DNA of 64,000 nt from Chloroflexota bacterium. Its GTDB lineage: Bacteria; Chloroflexota; Anaerolineae; B4-G1. The DNA lies in assembly GCA_012514315.1 (NCBI GenBank), contig JAAZAN010000111.1, positions 1,000 to 64,999 on the forward strand, written 5' to 3'. Position 1 is the first letter of the stretch, and each line of letters starts with the position of its first letter. Of this stretch, positions 9,950 to 20,543 are shown one piece after another. Below the pieces are notes generated by a model that had not been told where the DNA came from, did no database searches, and saw only the letters and a list, made by a program, of their open reading frames with translations. A program made the position numbers and the translations under genes.

Positions 9950-12900
9950 ATGTTCACTCCGTCCAGTCCTTTGTGTCCCCGAATCCGTCGGCTGGCAACG
10001 TGGTGCCTCCTGCTGCTTCTGGCCTGGGGTCTGTGGCTGTGGCAGCTGGATGCTAGCGACCTGACGTTCGACGAAGCGGCGACCTATCTGGTGACTGATC
10101 GCTCTCCGTTAGCCGTCGTCGAGTACCTGCGGGGTGCGACCTATGAGCATCCTCCTGTCTACTATCTGTTGATCCGCTTCTGGGTGGCGCTGGCCGGCAG
10201 CAGCGAATTCTGCTTGCGTGTTCCGTCGGTCGCCGCCGGACTGCTGTGTCTGCCGTTGGCGGGTTGGGTGATGCGGGCGGCGTGGGGACGCCAGGAGAGG
10301 TGTGCAGAGATCGCGGCGGCATTGGTGCTGGGGGCGATGCCCGGGATGGCCTACTACGCGCGTGAGGCGCGTATGTACAGCGTGGTGATGGTGTGGGCGC
10401 TCATCTCGTCCGGCCTGTTCTTGCGCGACTGGGCGACCGCGCGGAGATGGCCTTCCTTGACGGCGGTGGCTGAGCTCGCAACGGTCCATCTTCTGTCACT
10501 GGCGACGCATTACTACCTGTTCCTCTTCATTCTCGTGCAGCCCGCTGTGTTGGTGATACGACGTCGTTGGCGCCCGCTTGTCGCCTGGGTGGCAGTCCAT
10601 TGTGCGCTGGCAATGGCGGCGCTGGTCTGGCTCAGTCTGGCGCCCGGCCTGCAGATGACGGCCGCTGGAATTAGGTTCGACATAGGGCGTCTCATTCCGC
10701 CGTGGTCGGAGCTGGAGCGTCTGCTGGGCAAGCTGCTGTTCAGCCCGGTCGTTGCCTACCAGGTGGGCCATCTGGTCGTCGTACTGTTGATTGTTGTGGC
10801 TGGTATGGTCGGTGCGCTCTGGGTGCGGCCCGCCGCTGGGGTCTACCTGCTGTGTGCGCTGCTATTGCCATTGGGCCCGGTCTTCGCCCTGCCGCGGGTT
10901 CCGGCGCCTCGCTACGTTGTCTTCTGGTTGCCGGCTATGGCGATCGCGGTTGGTTTCCTGACCGGGATGATGAGGCCTGTGGGCGCCGGGGCATTCCGTG
11001 TCGAGGCGCTTCTCGAAGCGCCTCGACCGAACGCGTCTCAACCGGATGCCTCCCTGCACCGCCTGCCCTGGCAAGGCGCGTCGCTATGGAGACAGGTTCT
11101 CATGTGCCGGTTGAGCTTGCCGGGAATAAGCCTGCTTCTGCTGTCGGGCATGGTATTTGTGCTAGTGTCCGGCGGACTGCGCGAAGCGCTGAGCCTGGAG
11201 CGGTCTCGATATGGCCGCACGCTTGCGACGGTCCAGGCTAACGCTCGAGTGGATGACGCGCTCCTCTTCTATGGTCCCTGGCAGGAAGTTCAGTTGCGCT
11301 ACTACGATCCTGGGGGCCTGCCGCCGATCGTGAAGCTGCCGCCGCAGGCGCCGCCGCTGTTGGACCCGGCGCAGGCGGAGCCGGTTCTGGAGCGTCTGTT
11401 CGCACTGTCCACGCGCAGGGTGTGGGTGCTGCCGGCTTCCGTGGCCGATGTGGACCCGGAAGGGTTTGTCGCGGATTGGCTCACTACGCATACACACACC
11501 GTATGGCGGACTGACGACTTCGCGCTTCACCTTCCAGCGCTGGGCGCCGGGCGACCATTCCAGGAACTCGATCTGACGTTTGGTTCGAATCTGGATCTGG
11601 AGAGCATCGTGTTTGAGGGATCTGTTGTGCCAGCGGGTGAGCCGTTCCGCTTCACGCTATACTGGCGTCCCAGCGCTCCACTCGAACATGATGTGCGCGT
11701 GAGCCTGTCTCTGGTCGATGAGGGTGGGCGTGTGTGGGGAGTGAGGGAGAATGTGCCGGGCGAATGGGGGGCACGGCCGTCGGCCTGGCAGCCAGGGGAA
11801 CGGATTGCAGACTACGAGGGATTCGTCTTGCCGCAGGGCGCGCCCGCTGGGCGTTACACGGTGCGTCTGTCGGTTCGGGATAACGAGACCGGCGACACGT
11901 TGTTGGTCGCGGGACGGCGAGATGTCGAGCTCGTGTCATTGTGGGTCGCGCCGCCGATCTATCCACCGGTACTGACCGACGAGGATCAGTCCGACTGGAT
12001 TGCGTTCTGCGATCCGGAGGGAGTGGAGTGTGTCACTCTCGTGGGCTGCGAGCCAGGTGGGGTGAGGTTTCAGCAGGGCTACGCCGTCCCTTTCTCGTTG
12101 AACTGGCTGACGCCCGATACGCTTAGCGCCGATGTCCGGGTGCGGCTTACGCTGGCGTCGCGGGGTCCGTGGCCCTGGCGAGAGCGTGCTGTTCTGGCCA
12201 CCCGTGACGTAGCACTCCCCGAGCGATCACTGTCCCGTCTGGATGTGCTGGCGTCCGAACTGCTGGATGAAGCCCCGTACAGCGCCTTTCTGCCGATGGC
12301 GCAGGTCGATCGGGATCTGACTCCTATGCAGCGAGACTCGGTGTTCTGGGGGCAGCGTCTTCTGACGTTGATCGACGCGATCGGTCTGCCGGTGGATGTC
12401 CCGACGGGACAAGCGTCGGTTGAGTTGGAGGTGCTGGGAACGGATGGAACGGCATGGGTGACGGCCACGGGCGCACACGGGGTGTCGCTGTTCGACATCA
12501 CGATCGAGGGCCGCCCGGTGCAGCGGCGGCTGCCCGCTGGTCTGGAGGGCGTCGAGGTGGACTTCGGAGAAGAGGTGGGGCTACGGGGCTACCGGATCGA
12601 GGGAGACCCGCGGCCCGGCGGCGAAGTTCGCATCACGTACGGCTGGTACGCCCGGACGCGTCCCACAGCTATCTACGCGGTCTTCAATCATCTGATGACG
12701 GTGGATGGGAAGCCGGTAGCCCAGAAGGATGGTTGGCCGCAGGATGGACGACTCTTGACTACAGGATGGCAGGTGGGTGAGTACATTGAGGATCACTACG
12801 TCCTGTCGATCCCGACCGATGCGCCGCCCGGCCCGTATCGGCTCCACGCGGGGATGTATAACGCGGCGACCGGCGTGCGCACGTCAGCGCACCAAGAGAA

Positions 12901-12952
12901 CGTCCGCCTGACGAACGATGAGTTGGTGCTGGAGGTCACGGGTAACCGTTGA
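9950..12952 (+). CDS. GT-C (ArnT/PMT, GT39-like) membrane glycosyltransferase with three C-terminal Ig-like domains
   Basis: LTFDEAAT, HPPVYY and EARMY motifs; many TM segments; C-terminal repeats FG..L.G...W...D..P...W..G...Y.L..G.Y. Start moved to ATG 9950 because of the promoter position. Confidence 0.85.
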   Translation: MFTPSSPLCPRIRRLATWCLLLLLAWGLWLWQLDASDLTFDEAATYLVTDRSPLAVVEYLRGATYEHPPVYYLLIRFWVALAGSSEFCLRVPSVAAGLLCLPLAGWVMRAAWGRQERCAEIAAALVLGAMPGMAYYAREARMYSVVMVWALISSGLFLRDWATARRWPSLTAVAELATVHLLSLATHYYLFLFILVQPAVLVIRRRWRPLVAWVAVHCALAMAALVWLSLAPGLQMTAAGIRFDIGRLIPPWSELERLLGKLLFSPVVAYQVGHLVVVLLIVVAGMVGALWVRPAAGVYLLCALLLPLGPVFALPRVPAPRYVVFWLPAMAIAVGFLTGMMRPVGAGAFRVEALLEAPRPNASQPDASLHRLPWQGASLWRQVLMCRLSLPGISLLLLSGMVFVLVSGGLREALSLERSRYGRTLATVQANARVDDALLFYGPWQEVQLRYYDPGGLPPIVKLPPQAPPLLDPAQAEPVLERLFALSTRRVWVLPASVADVDPEGFVADWLTTHTHTVWRTDDFALHLPALGAGRPFQELDLTFGSNLDLESIVFEGSVVPAGEPFRFTLYWRPSAPLEHDVRVSLSLVDEGGRVWGVRENVPGEWGARPSAWQPGERIADYEGFVLPQGAPAGRYTVRLSVRDNETGDTLLVAGRRDVELVSLWVAPPIYPPVLTDEDQSDWIAFCDPEGVECVTLVGCEPGGVRFQQGYAVPFSLNWLTPDTLSADVRVRLTLASRGPWPWRERAVLATRDVALPERSLSRLDVLASELLDEAPYSAFLPMAQVDRDLTPMQRDSVFWGQRLLTLIDAIGLPVDVPTGQASVELEVLGTDGTAWVTATGAHGVSLFDITIEGRPVQRRLPAGLEGVEVDFGEEVGLRGYRIEGDPRPGGEVRITYGWYARTRPTAIYAVFNHLMTVDGKPVAQKDGWPQDGRLLTTGWQVGEYIEDHYVLSIPTDAPPGPYRLHAGMYNAATGVRTSAHQENVRLTNDELVLEVTGNR
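11000..11027. repeat. Perfect 13-bp inverted repeat (REP-like palindrome) inside a CDS
   Basis: gtcgaggcgcttc-tc-gaagcgcctcgac. Confidence 0.85.
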
Positions 12953-14967
12953 GCAGACGGCAGCGATCCTGGCTCTGGGGCATGGTGGTTACTCTGCTGG
13001 CGGCCTGCGCGCTGCGACTGGTGACGTTCGGCCAGCTTCCACCCGGACTGTACCACGATGAGGCCTACAACGGTCTGGATGCGGTGGACGTTTTGGCCGG
13101 GGATGTCCCATTATACTTCGCCGCCAACAATGGCCGTGAGCCGCTGTTCATCTACATGATCGCGCTGTCTATTGGCGTTCTGGGGAGAAGTCCATTCGCG
13201 TTGCGTCTCCCTGCCTTCTTTGTGGGCGCCCTGACTGTGGCGGCTACTGGGGCGTTCGGACGCACGCTCTTCTCGCGGCGAGTGGGACTCATCGCGGCGG
13301 CGGTGCTGGCCGTCACGTTGTGGCATGTGCATCTGAGCCGTGTCGGATTTCGGGCGGTGTTGCTGCCACTGCTCAGTGTGCTGGCGGCCTGGCAGGCAAC
13401 ACATGGGGTCAGGACCTGCAGGCTGGGGCATTGGATGGCTGCAGGAGGGCTGTACGGGCTGTCGTTTTATACGTACACCGCCTCCCGCTTCACGCCGGTG
13501 GCGCTAGGCGCCTTTGGCGTCTATCTTCTGCTTGTCCGCCGGCGATTCTGGAGCGGGTCGGTAGGCCGTGGGGTGGCCATCGCAGCCGGGACGGCTCTGC
13601 TGACGGTCTTGCCGTTGGCAGTCGTCACTGTTCTGCATCCTGCGATGGTGCTGGGGCGGCCCGGTCAGGTATCGATCCTCGACCCAGCCATTCACGGCGG
13701 CGACTTCTGGGGTGAGCTATTCAGGCAGTTCTGGCGCACGCTGGGCATGTTCTTCGTCCGGGGCGACCGAATCTGGCGCCACAATGTGCCGTGGCGTCCG
13801 ATCTTCGATCCTATCCTGAGCGTGGCATTTGTGATCGGGTTGGTGGTCGTACTGCGTCGCGCCCGCAGTGACGCGGCCGGGGGTTTTCTGCTGGTGTGGA
13901 TCGGAGCGATGGCAATGCCCACGTTCCTGGCCGAGGATGCCCCGCATTTTCTGCGGAGTGTCGGCGTCCTGCCCTTCGCCGCTTTCCTGCCGGCGCTGGG
14001 CATAGACTGGATCGTGTGCCGCAGTCGGAGCGTCCGGCTGCGGGCGCTAATCGCTGTCCTGTTCCTGCTTTTCGCAGCGACGAGCACAGTGCGGGCTTAC
14101 TTCTGGGACTACGCGCGCACCCCGACAGCAGCCTATTGGTTCGAGCAGGGGGCGACATCGCTGGCGGGCCGCGTGAACGGCTTTCTTGGCTCGGGCTGGG
14201 ATGGGCGCCGTATGGTGCGCAGTGGCACGGGTGAACGGTGCGTGGTGATCGATGCGCGGTTGTGGAATGAGTGGCCACAGGTTCGCTTCCTGGTTGGGCA
14301 GGAGTACTCGCCTGCGCAGGACTATCTGTCGCTTGGGCGTCCAGCGGTCGGGCGCCCGGTTGGGGTGTTTGTCTGGCCGTATGATGATTGGCGCTGGGCG
14401 TGGGAACTGCTGCCGACGCCGGCAGAGGTCATAGTGGAACAGGGGGCGCTCTCACAAGGTGATCTGGACCCCGAGCCCTATACGACCTACGTGGCCTTCT
14501 TGGGGGCGCCACCGGCGGCGGAAACACCGTCCGCAATGGCGCGCTTCACGTCGGGTATTGAGCTCCTGGCGGTCGAGACCGCGTCGATGCCCGATGGGCG
14601 GATACGGGTCCGCCTAGTCTGGCGGGCGCCTACGGGGGGACCTGCGCCAGCAGAGTGGCAGACCGAGGCGCTCCTGCAAGCGGACTACACCGTGTTTCTG
14701 CACTATCTGCGCGATGGGGAGAGAGTCGCCCAGGCGGACAGTCCGCCAGCTCAGGGCTACTATCCCACGACGCAGTGGCGGTTGGGCGATGTCGTGAACG
14801 ATGATCACTTCGTCGTACTCGACGCCGTAGGCGAGGCCCGTGAGCCGATCCCCGGGCGTGATGTCGTCCGGTTTGGCTTCTGGCAGCCGGAAAGCGGCGC
14901 CGTGCTGCCCTTGCTGGACGACGCTGGAAATGCGGTGGGTGATTGGGTCGAGGTGCCGGTACGATGA
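12949..14967 (+). CDS. GT-C (ArnT/PMT family) glycosyltransferase with a C-terminal Ig-like domain
   Basis: PPGLYHDEAYNG, GREPLF, HLSRVGFR, APHFLR; TTGA overlap with the upstream gene. Confidence 0.88.
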   Translation: MSRRQRSWLWGMVVTLLAACALRLVTFGQLPPGLYHDEAYNGLDAVDVLAGDVPLYFAANNGREPLFIYMIALSIGVLGRSPFALRLPAFFVGALTVAATGAFGRTLFSRRVGLIAAAVLAVTLWHVHLSRVGFRAVLLPLLSVLAAWQATHGVRTCRLGHWMAAGGLYGLSFYTYTASRFTPVALGAFGVYLLLVRRRFWSGSVGRGVAIAAGTALLTVLPLAVVTVLHPAMVLGRPGQVSILDPAIHGGDFWGELFRQFWRTLGMFFVRGDRIWRHNVPWRPIFDPILSVAFVIGLVVVLRRARSDAAGGFLLVWIGAMAMPTFLAEDAPHFLRSVGVLPFAAFLPALGIDWIVCRSRSVRLRALIAVLFLLFAATSTVRAYFWDYARTPTAAYWFEQGATSLAGRVNGFLGSGWDGRRMVRSGTGERCVVIDARLWNEWPQVRFLVGQEYSPAQDYLSLGRPAVGRPVGVFVWPYDDWRWAWELLPTPAEVIVEQGALSQGDLDPEPYTTYVAFLGAPPAAETPSAMARFTSGIELLAVETASMPDGRIRVRLVWRAPTGGPAPAEWQTEALLQADYTVFLHYLRDGERVAQADSPPAQGYYPTTQWRLGDVVNDDHFVVLDAVGEAREPIPGRDVVRFGFWQPESGAVLPLLDDAGNAVGDWVEVPVR

Positions 14968-17900
14968 GCGTGCGCGGCGGAGTGTTGAGCACGGAGCGTG
15001 CAGCGATTATCCTACTGGTGTTGGTCGCGTTGCTGATATCCGGGCCGATCTGGGGGCCGGGTATGATCAACACTCGGGGGGGCGGTGATAGTCCGTTCTT
15101 GCTTCAGCGACTCGATCAGGTTGTCGTGAATATGCGTTCCGGCGTGTTCCCGGCGCGGTGGATGCCGGATGCGGCGTACGGGTTGGGCTATCCCTTCTTC
15201 AACTACTACTCCGCGCTACCCTATTACCTGGGTGGTCTGTTCGTTCTGCTGGGGCTAGACATACTGACCACCCTGAAGCTGATTCAGACGCTGGGGTTTG
15301 TGGCGGCCGCGCTGGCCATGTTCGGGTGGATGCGCGGTCACACACGCAGTGCGTGGGCAGCCTGGCTGGCCGCAGTGGCCTACACGGCAGCTCCTTTCCA
15401 TCTGGTGAACGTCTATGTGCGGGGCGACTCGCTGTCGGAGTTCTACGCCTTCATCTTCTACCCGCTGATTCTCTGGGGGCTGGACCGTGCATTGGCGGCG
15501 ACGAGCACACAGACGGGCGCCTGGACGAGGATCCGTTCGCCGTTGAGTATGTGGAGCGCTGGCTTCTCCCGTTCCGCTGTTTGGCTCTGGCCGGCGCTGG
15601 CCTACGCGGGCCTGATCGCATCGCACAACATCTCGGCGCTGATCTTCTCGCCGTTTGTCGGGCTCTATGTCGTCTGCGTGAGCCTGGGCCAGCGGAGAGT
15701 GGCGGGCCGGATGCTGTTCACCGGTGTGCTGGCGCTGGGTATGGGGATCGTGCTTACCGCGTGGGTGTCGTTGCCAGCGCTCCTTGAGCGGGCCTCTGTA
15801 CAGTCCGATATGCTGACCGGTGGGTATTTCCACTATACCCAGCACTTCCGCACGATGGACTTGGTTCAGTGGCGCCCGTTCTTTGTGTACGACATTGGGA
15901 GCACGGGCGAGACACCGTTCGCTATGGGCCTAGCACAGGCTGTTCTGACGATCGCTGGTGGAGCAGTTCTGGTGGCGCGTGTTCTGAGACGGCAAGCTGG
16001 GGTGGTGGACGTGTTCATACTCGTTGGCCTGCTGCTTTCGACACTCATGATCACACCACTGTCGGAGTTGGCCTGGCGTCACCTGCCGTTGCTGCCCACC
16101 ATCCAGTTCCCATGGCGCTTTCTGTCGGTTCAAGCTCTGTTCACGGCCGCAACCACCGTTGCGCTGATCCCGGAGCGAGGGCCGCACCGTGGCGCATCTC
16201 TGGCGGCGCCGATCGCCGCGATGATCATCGCGGCGGTGCTTGTTCCTCTGCGGCCGGAGCGGCTTTCAATCAATCCTGAGGATGTCACGACTGAGCGGCT
16301 CCAGCTATATGAGTTGTTCACGGAGAACATCGGGACGACAATTCGGTATGAATGGCTTCCGCGGGCGGTGGCGCCGCGGCCCTTCACATCGGAGGCGCTC
16401 ATCGAACCTGATGCTATCCCTCGAGCGATCCCGCTGGATGGGACGGAGAGCGAGACGGTGCTCATTGAGCGAGGGGCGGCGCGCTCGACCTGGCGGACCT
16501 CAGGCGAGGGCGGCGACGCCGCGTTTCCGCTGCTGTACTGGCCTGGATGGCGTGCCCAGGTCGATGGGGTGTCCACGCCGGTTTGGTCGGTCGAGGGCTC
16601 GGGCTATCTAGCGCTCACTCTGCCGCCTGGCGAGCATATCGTCACGCTGCGGCTGTACCCGACCTGGACCCGAGCGCTCGCTGGGGTGGTATCGCTGTGC
16701 GGTCTGCTGACCATCGTGGCGTTGGTCATCCGTTGTCGGGAGGAGATCGACTGGCGGCCTGCGGGTATAGGCGTGGCCGCGGTGCTGCTGGTGGTCTTGG
16801 GGTTGCGCGTCATGACTGGCCGTCCGCAGCCTGTGTCGCAGACGGACCTGACGATGGACTTCGATCGGATGCCCTACCTGCATCACAATCCGGCAGGCAT
16901 CACGTTCGGAACGGTCGACGATGTCGTTGTCCGCTTGGACGGTTACACCCTATCGGCTGAGGTGTTGGCGCCAGGCGACACGCTGGCAGTCGGCATGGAT
17001 TGGGCGGGCGCCGCTGAGAGTCACATTGCCCGTGTACGGTTGGTTTCGCCGGCCGTCCTGCGCCACGAGATCATGCCATTGGCTGAGGCGACTTGCGATC
17101 TGGGTTCCGATGATTGTGGCCTTGTGCTGCTCAAGACTCCCGCAGAGATCGCGAGAGGCGTCTATCTGCTCCAATTGTCCGTTCTCGCTCCCGACGGCCT
17201 GCGGGTTCCGGCACGCTCGTCGGATGAGCACACGTACGGTGTGCTCTATCTGAAGCCGGTGCGAGTGCCGGACGGCCCGGCGCTGCCCGTCGAGACCTCG
17301 GTCCTGGCCCCCTACGGCCCGGCGGTTCGTCTGCACGAGGCGACGATCGAGGCGGCTGGTTCGGATCACATTGGGGTCAGCCTGTCCTGGTCGACGCGGT
17401 ACCGGATCGGCGCGAACTACGGAATCTCCTTGAGGCTGTTGGATGCTCAGGAACACGCGGTTGCGGTCCTCGATACACAGCCGGGCTACGGATTCCTGCC
17501 CACCAGTCTGTGGCGCCCGGGGGAGCTTGTCGATGATCACTATATGCTTGCGTTGTCCGACGGCGCAACTCCTGGGGATGGGTATCACCTTCTCGTCATC
17601 CTGTACCAGGTCTCGACTGGCGAGGCGGTGGGCCAGGCGCGTCTGGGCGATTTCTCGCTGCCGCTGGAGTCGGCGGTTCACATCCAGCGCCCGCCCCGCA
17701 GCGATGTGCTGCCTGCTCTGGAGCATGTCGTTGGCGTGGACTTTGGTGGCGCGATCCGGCTTGCGGGGTGCGATTTCGAACGGCGAGATGACCTGGCGCG
17801 CGTGACACTTTGGTGGCAGGCGCTATCGTCCGTGGAGGAGGATTACACGGTCTTTGTACACCTCTTCGATCCGCGCGACGAATCGGTGCCGGTGCAGAGT

Positions 17901-18128
17901 GACGCTATGCCTCAGGCCGACGCCTATCCAACGTCCTGGTGGGTCGAGGGTGAGGTGATCAGCGAGACGGTGGCGCTACCGCTGGGGGGCGTGGCGGCGG
18001 GAAGTTATCGCATCGCGGTTGGAATGTACGATGAGGACCTTGTTCGACTTCGTGCTATTGGCCCCGATGGTGCGGCAGTCCCCGATGATCGGGTGGTTCT
18101 ACCCGTGGAGGTCAACGTCGAGTTGTGA
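14964..18128 (+). CDS. YfhO-like / PTPS-related membrane protein (putative GT-C) with Ig-like repeats
   Basis: RWMPD...GLGYPFFNYY, RGDSLSE, IQFPWRFL, YWPGWRAQVDG; ATGA overlap. Confidence 0.85.
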   Translation: MSVRGGVLSTERAAIILLVLVALLISGPIWGPGMINTRGGGDSPFLLQRLDQVVVNMRSGVFPARWMPDAAYGLGYPFFNYYSALPYYLGGLFVLLGLDILTTLKLIQTLGFVAAALAMFGWMRGHTRSAWAAWLAAVAYTAAPFHLVNVYVRGDSLSEFYAFIFYPLILWGLDRALAATSTQTGAWTRIRSPLSMWSAGFSRSAVWLWPALAYAGLIASHNISALIFSPFVGLYVVCVSLGQRRVAGRMLFTGVLALGMGIVLTAWVSLPALLERASVQSDMLTGGYFHYTQHFRTMDLVQWRPFFVYDIGSTGETPFAMGLAQAVLTIAGGAVLVARVLRRQAGVVDVFILVGLLLSTLMITPLSELAWRHLPLLPTIQFPWRFLSVQALFTAATTVALIPERGPHRGASLAAPIAAMIIAAVLVPLRPERLSINPEDVTTERLQLYELFTENIGTTIRYEWLPRAVAPRPFTSEALIEPDAIPRAIPLDGTESETVLIERGAARSTWRTSGEGGDAAFPLLYWPGWRAQVDGVSTPVWSVEGSGYLALTLPPGEHIVTLRLYPTWTRALAGVVSLCGLLTIVALVIRCREEIDWRPAGIGVAAVLLVVLGLRVMTGRPQPVSQTDLTMDFDRMPYLHHNPAGITFGTVDDVVVRLDGYTLSAEVLAPGDTLAVGMDWAGAAESHIARVRLVSPAVLRHEIMPLAEATCDLGSDDCGLVLLKTPAEIARGVYLLQLSVLAPDGLRVPARSSDEHTYGVLYLKPVRVPDGPALPVETSVLAPYGPAVRLHEATIEAAGSDHIGVSLSWSTRYRIGANYGISLRLLDAQEHAVAVLDTQPGYGFLPTSLWRPGELVDDHYMLALSDGATPGDGYHLLVILYQVSTGEAVGQARLGDFSLPLESAVHIQRPPRSDVLPALEHVVGVDFGGAIRLAGCDFERRDDLARVTLWWQALSSVEEDYTVFVHLFDPRDESVPVQSDAMPQADAYPTSWWVEGEVISETVALPLGGVAAGSYRIAVGMYDEDLVRLRAIGPDGAAVPDDRVVLPVEVNVEL

Positions 18129-20494
18129 GATCCAGAGTCTCGTTCGGGACCCGTGGCGCGTGGTTGGCGGTACTCCTGCTGTTCTGCCTGTTTGTGCAGG
18201 CTGTAGCGCACGCCTTCAGCACCTCAATCACGTTCGATGAGGGGCCGCACCTGGCCGTTGGCTATACCACGCTGCGAACCGGCGACTTTCGACTGCAGCC
18301 GGTACACATCCATCCGCCGCTGGCCAATGTGCTGGCTGCTGCCCCGGTGCTTCTCCAGCGGGATCTTCCCGATCCACGATCTGTGGAGGGCTGGGGAATC
18401 GCGAGTCTATCCGCCATCACCGATGCTGTGGTCTGGCAGTATCCCGATCCCCGCCGGTTGGCGCTGGTAAGCCGCCTGCCGATCATTCTGATGTCGCTGG
18501 TCCTGGGCGCGCTCGTCTATCGGTGGGCGCGCGACGTCTTCGGACCGTGTGCCGGTCTGCTGGCACTGGCATTCTGCGCCTTCGACCCCAATATCATCGC
18601 GCACGGCTCGTTGGTGACAACGGATATGGCCGTAGTGCTGTGGGGGACCGCGGCGCTGTTTCTGACCCACCGGCATCTGCGGGTTGGGCGTAGCTCGTAC
18701 CTGGTTGGGGCCGGGCTGGCGTTAGGGTGTGCTCTGGCGTCTAAGGTGTCCGCCATCTCATTGTTGCCGATCGCCGGCGTGCTCTGGCTGGTTGGTCGGC
18801 GCGGGACTTCGTGGCGGAGACGGTGGTTGAATGTGATCGTTCCATCAGCGCTGGCGTTTCTTACGCTGTGGGCGTGCTATGGATTTGAAGTGCGCTTGCT
18901 CACCGGGCTCCCGATCTCGCTACCCGCAGCGACGCACGTGGATATCTTCCGTTCGCTGCAGAACCACTATGAACTGGGTCATCCGGCCTTTCTGTTTGGG
19001 CAGAACGGTGAGCGTGGATGGTGGTACTACTTCCCCGTCGCCTTCGTACTGAAGACGCCACTGCTGACGTTGGGCCTGACGTTTCTCACGGTGTTGCTAG
19101 GAGTGCGTGCGTTTCTGAGGCGCCTGCATTGGTATTCTGACCTGGGCGAGTATTCCCGCGCGGCGCTATGGCTTGTGCTCGTTCGTCGGTGCGGCGCTCT
19201 CGTGCTGTATCCTCTGGTCTACGTCGCGGCGACACCGTTTAGCAGCGTCAACATCGGCTACCGACATCTGCTGCCGATCCTGCCATTTCTGTTCATTGGC
19301 ATCTCGTCCATAGCGAATTCGGTAGCTCACGTTGCTCGACGTGCATGGCGAATTGCGATCTATGCTGGGTTGGTCGTGGGTCTCGCTGGGATTGTCTGGG
19401 CAGTGTATGGACGATCAGGCTCGCCTGATTACCTGGCATACTTCAACCCGCTGGCTGGCGGGCCCGATGGCGGCTACCGTTTCCTGGTAGACTCCAACCT
19501 GGATTGGGGGCAGAATCTGTGGCAGTTGCGGGACTGGACGCAGGCCCACGATGTTGAGCAGATCTACTACGCCCACTTCAGCCCGGCACGTCCTTCGGTC
19601 TATGGGATCACGGCGGATTTTCTCCCTCCCGATCCGCGTGCCGTCCCGTTCGCGCTACTCAACCCAGCGCCGGGGTATTACGCGATCGGGGCGACGGTGC
19701 TTCAGGGTGTGTACACGCCGGACGTCAACACGTTCGCATGGTTCCGGACGCACGACCCTGTAGCGCGTCTGGGACATGCGCTCTTTGTCTACCGTGTACC
19801 CGACCGTCCAACGCCGAAGTGGGTGGCGATCTGTGCCGATCCTCAGCCGGCGCTAGCGCCAGAAGCTGTGCGATTGGGGTTGCTTGAGACGCAAGTGGTT
19901 TCATCCACGCGCATCATTCGACTTGAGTGCGAGCAGAGCCGGATCCATCCAGCAGGAGGGGGGAATGGTATGTACGTCCTTGCCGCGGGACAAGAACCGC
20001 CTCTGGACGGCGAACTGGAGGTTCGGGGACGTCGACCCGACGGGACGCCGCAGTATGATGTAGTTCGAACGAAAGGTCCGATCCCAGCTCCGCCGAAGCC
20101 TCTGTCCGTCTCGTTCGAAGGCCCGCTGGAGCTCCTGGGTTTTGAGGTGGACCCCTCTGGATGGGCTACTGACCGAGTGGTCGATGTGCGGACTCACTGG
20201 GTTGTACGGGGCAACGCGATGCGCCCGCTCTCACTAATGGCTCATCTCGTTGGCCCTGATGGCATTCCTGTCGCTATAGGCGACGGGCTTGGGCTGCCCA
20301 TTGACCAGTGGCAACCCGGTGATGTGATTGTGCAGCACCATGAGTTGGCAGTTGACGCTGGCGCATCTCCAGGTGAGTATCGGGTGCAGGTGGGTGCGTA
20401 CTGGCTGGACTCCATGGAACGCTGGCCTGTGTTGGATGGTGGAAATGGCGCCGCCGACCACGTTGTATTGACCATGATCGAAATACCGGACTGA
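18125..20494 (+). CDS. GT-C (ArnT/PMT family) glycosyltransferase, paralog group A
   Basis: ITFDEGPH, DPNIIAHGSLVTTD, NIGYRHLLP, DSNLDWGQ; GTGA overlap. Confidence 0.88.
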   Translation: MRSRVSFGTRGAWLAVLLLFCLFVQAVAHAFSTSITFDEGPHLAVGYTTLRTGDFRLQPVHIHPPLANVLAAAPVLLQRDLPDPRSVEGWGIASLSAITDAVVWQYPDPRRLALVSRLPIILMSLVLGALVYRWARDVFGPCAGLLALAFCAFDPNIIAHGSLVTTDMAVVLWGTAALFLTHRHLRVGRSSYLVGAGLALGCALASKVSAISLLPIAGVLWLVGRRGTSWRRRWLNVIVPSALAFLTLWACYGFEVRLLTGLPISLPAATHVDIFRSLQNHYELGHPAFLFGQNGERGWWYYFPVAFVLKTPLLTLGLTFLTVLLGVRAFLRRLHWYSDLGEYSRAALWLVLVRRCGALVLYPLVYVAATPFSSVNIGYRHLLPILPFLFIGISSIANSVAHVARRAWRIAIYAGLVVGLAGIVWAVYGRSGSPDYLAYFNPLAGGPDGGYRFLVDSNLDWGQNLWQLRDWTQAHDVEQIYYAHFSPARPSVYGITADFLPPDPRAVPFALLNPAPGYYAIGATVLQGVYTPDVNTFAWFRTHDPVARLGHALFVYRVPDRPTPKWVAICADPQPALAPEAVRLGLLETQVVSSTRIIRLECEQSRIHPAGGGNGMYVLAAGQEPPLDGELEVRGRRPDGTPQYDVVRTKGPIPAPPKPLSVSFEGPLELLGFEVDPSGWATDRVVDVRTHWVVRGNAMRPLSLMAHLVGPDGIPVAIGDGLGLPIDQWQPGDVIVQHHELAVDAGASPGEYRVQVGAYWLDSMERWPVLDGGNGAADHVVLTMIEIPD

Positions 20495-20543
20495 TAGCGT
20501 GGACGCGAAGGGTTGGAGTGGGGCTGATTGGGAGTCTGGGGGC

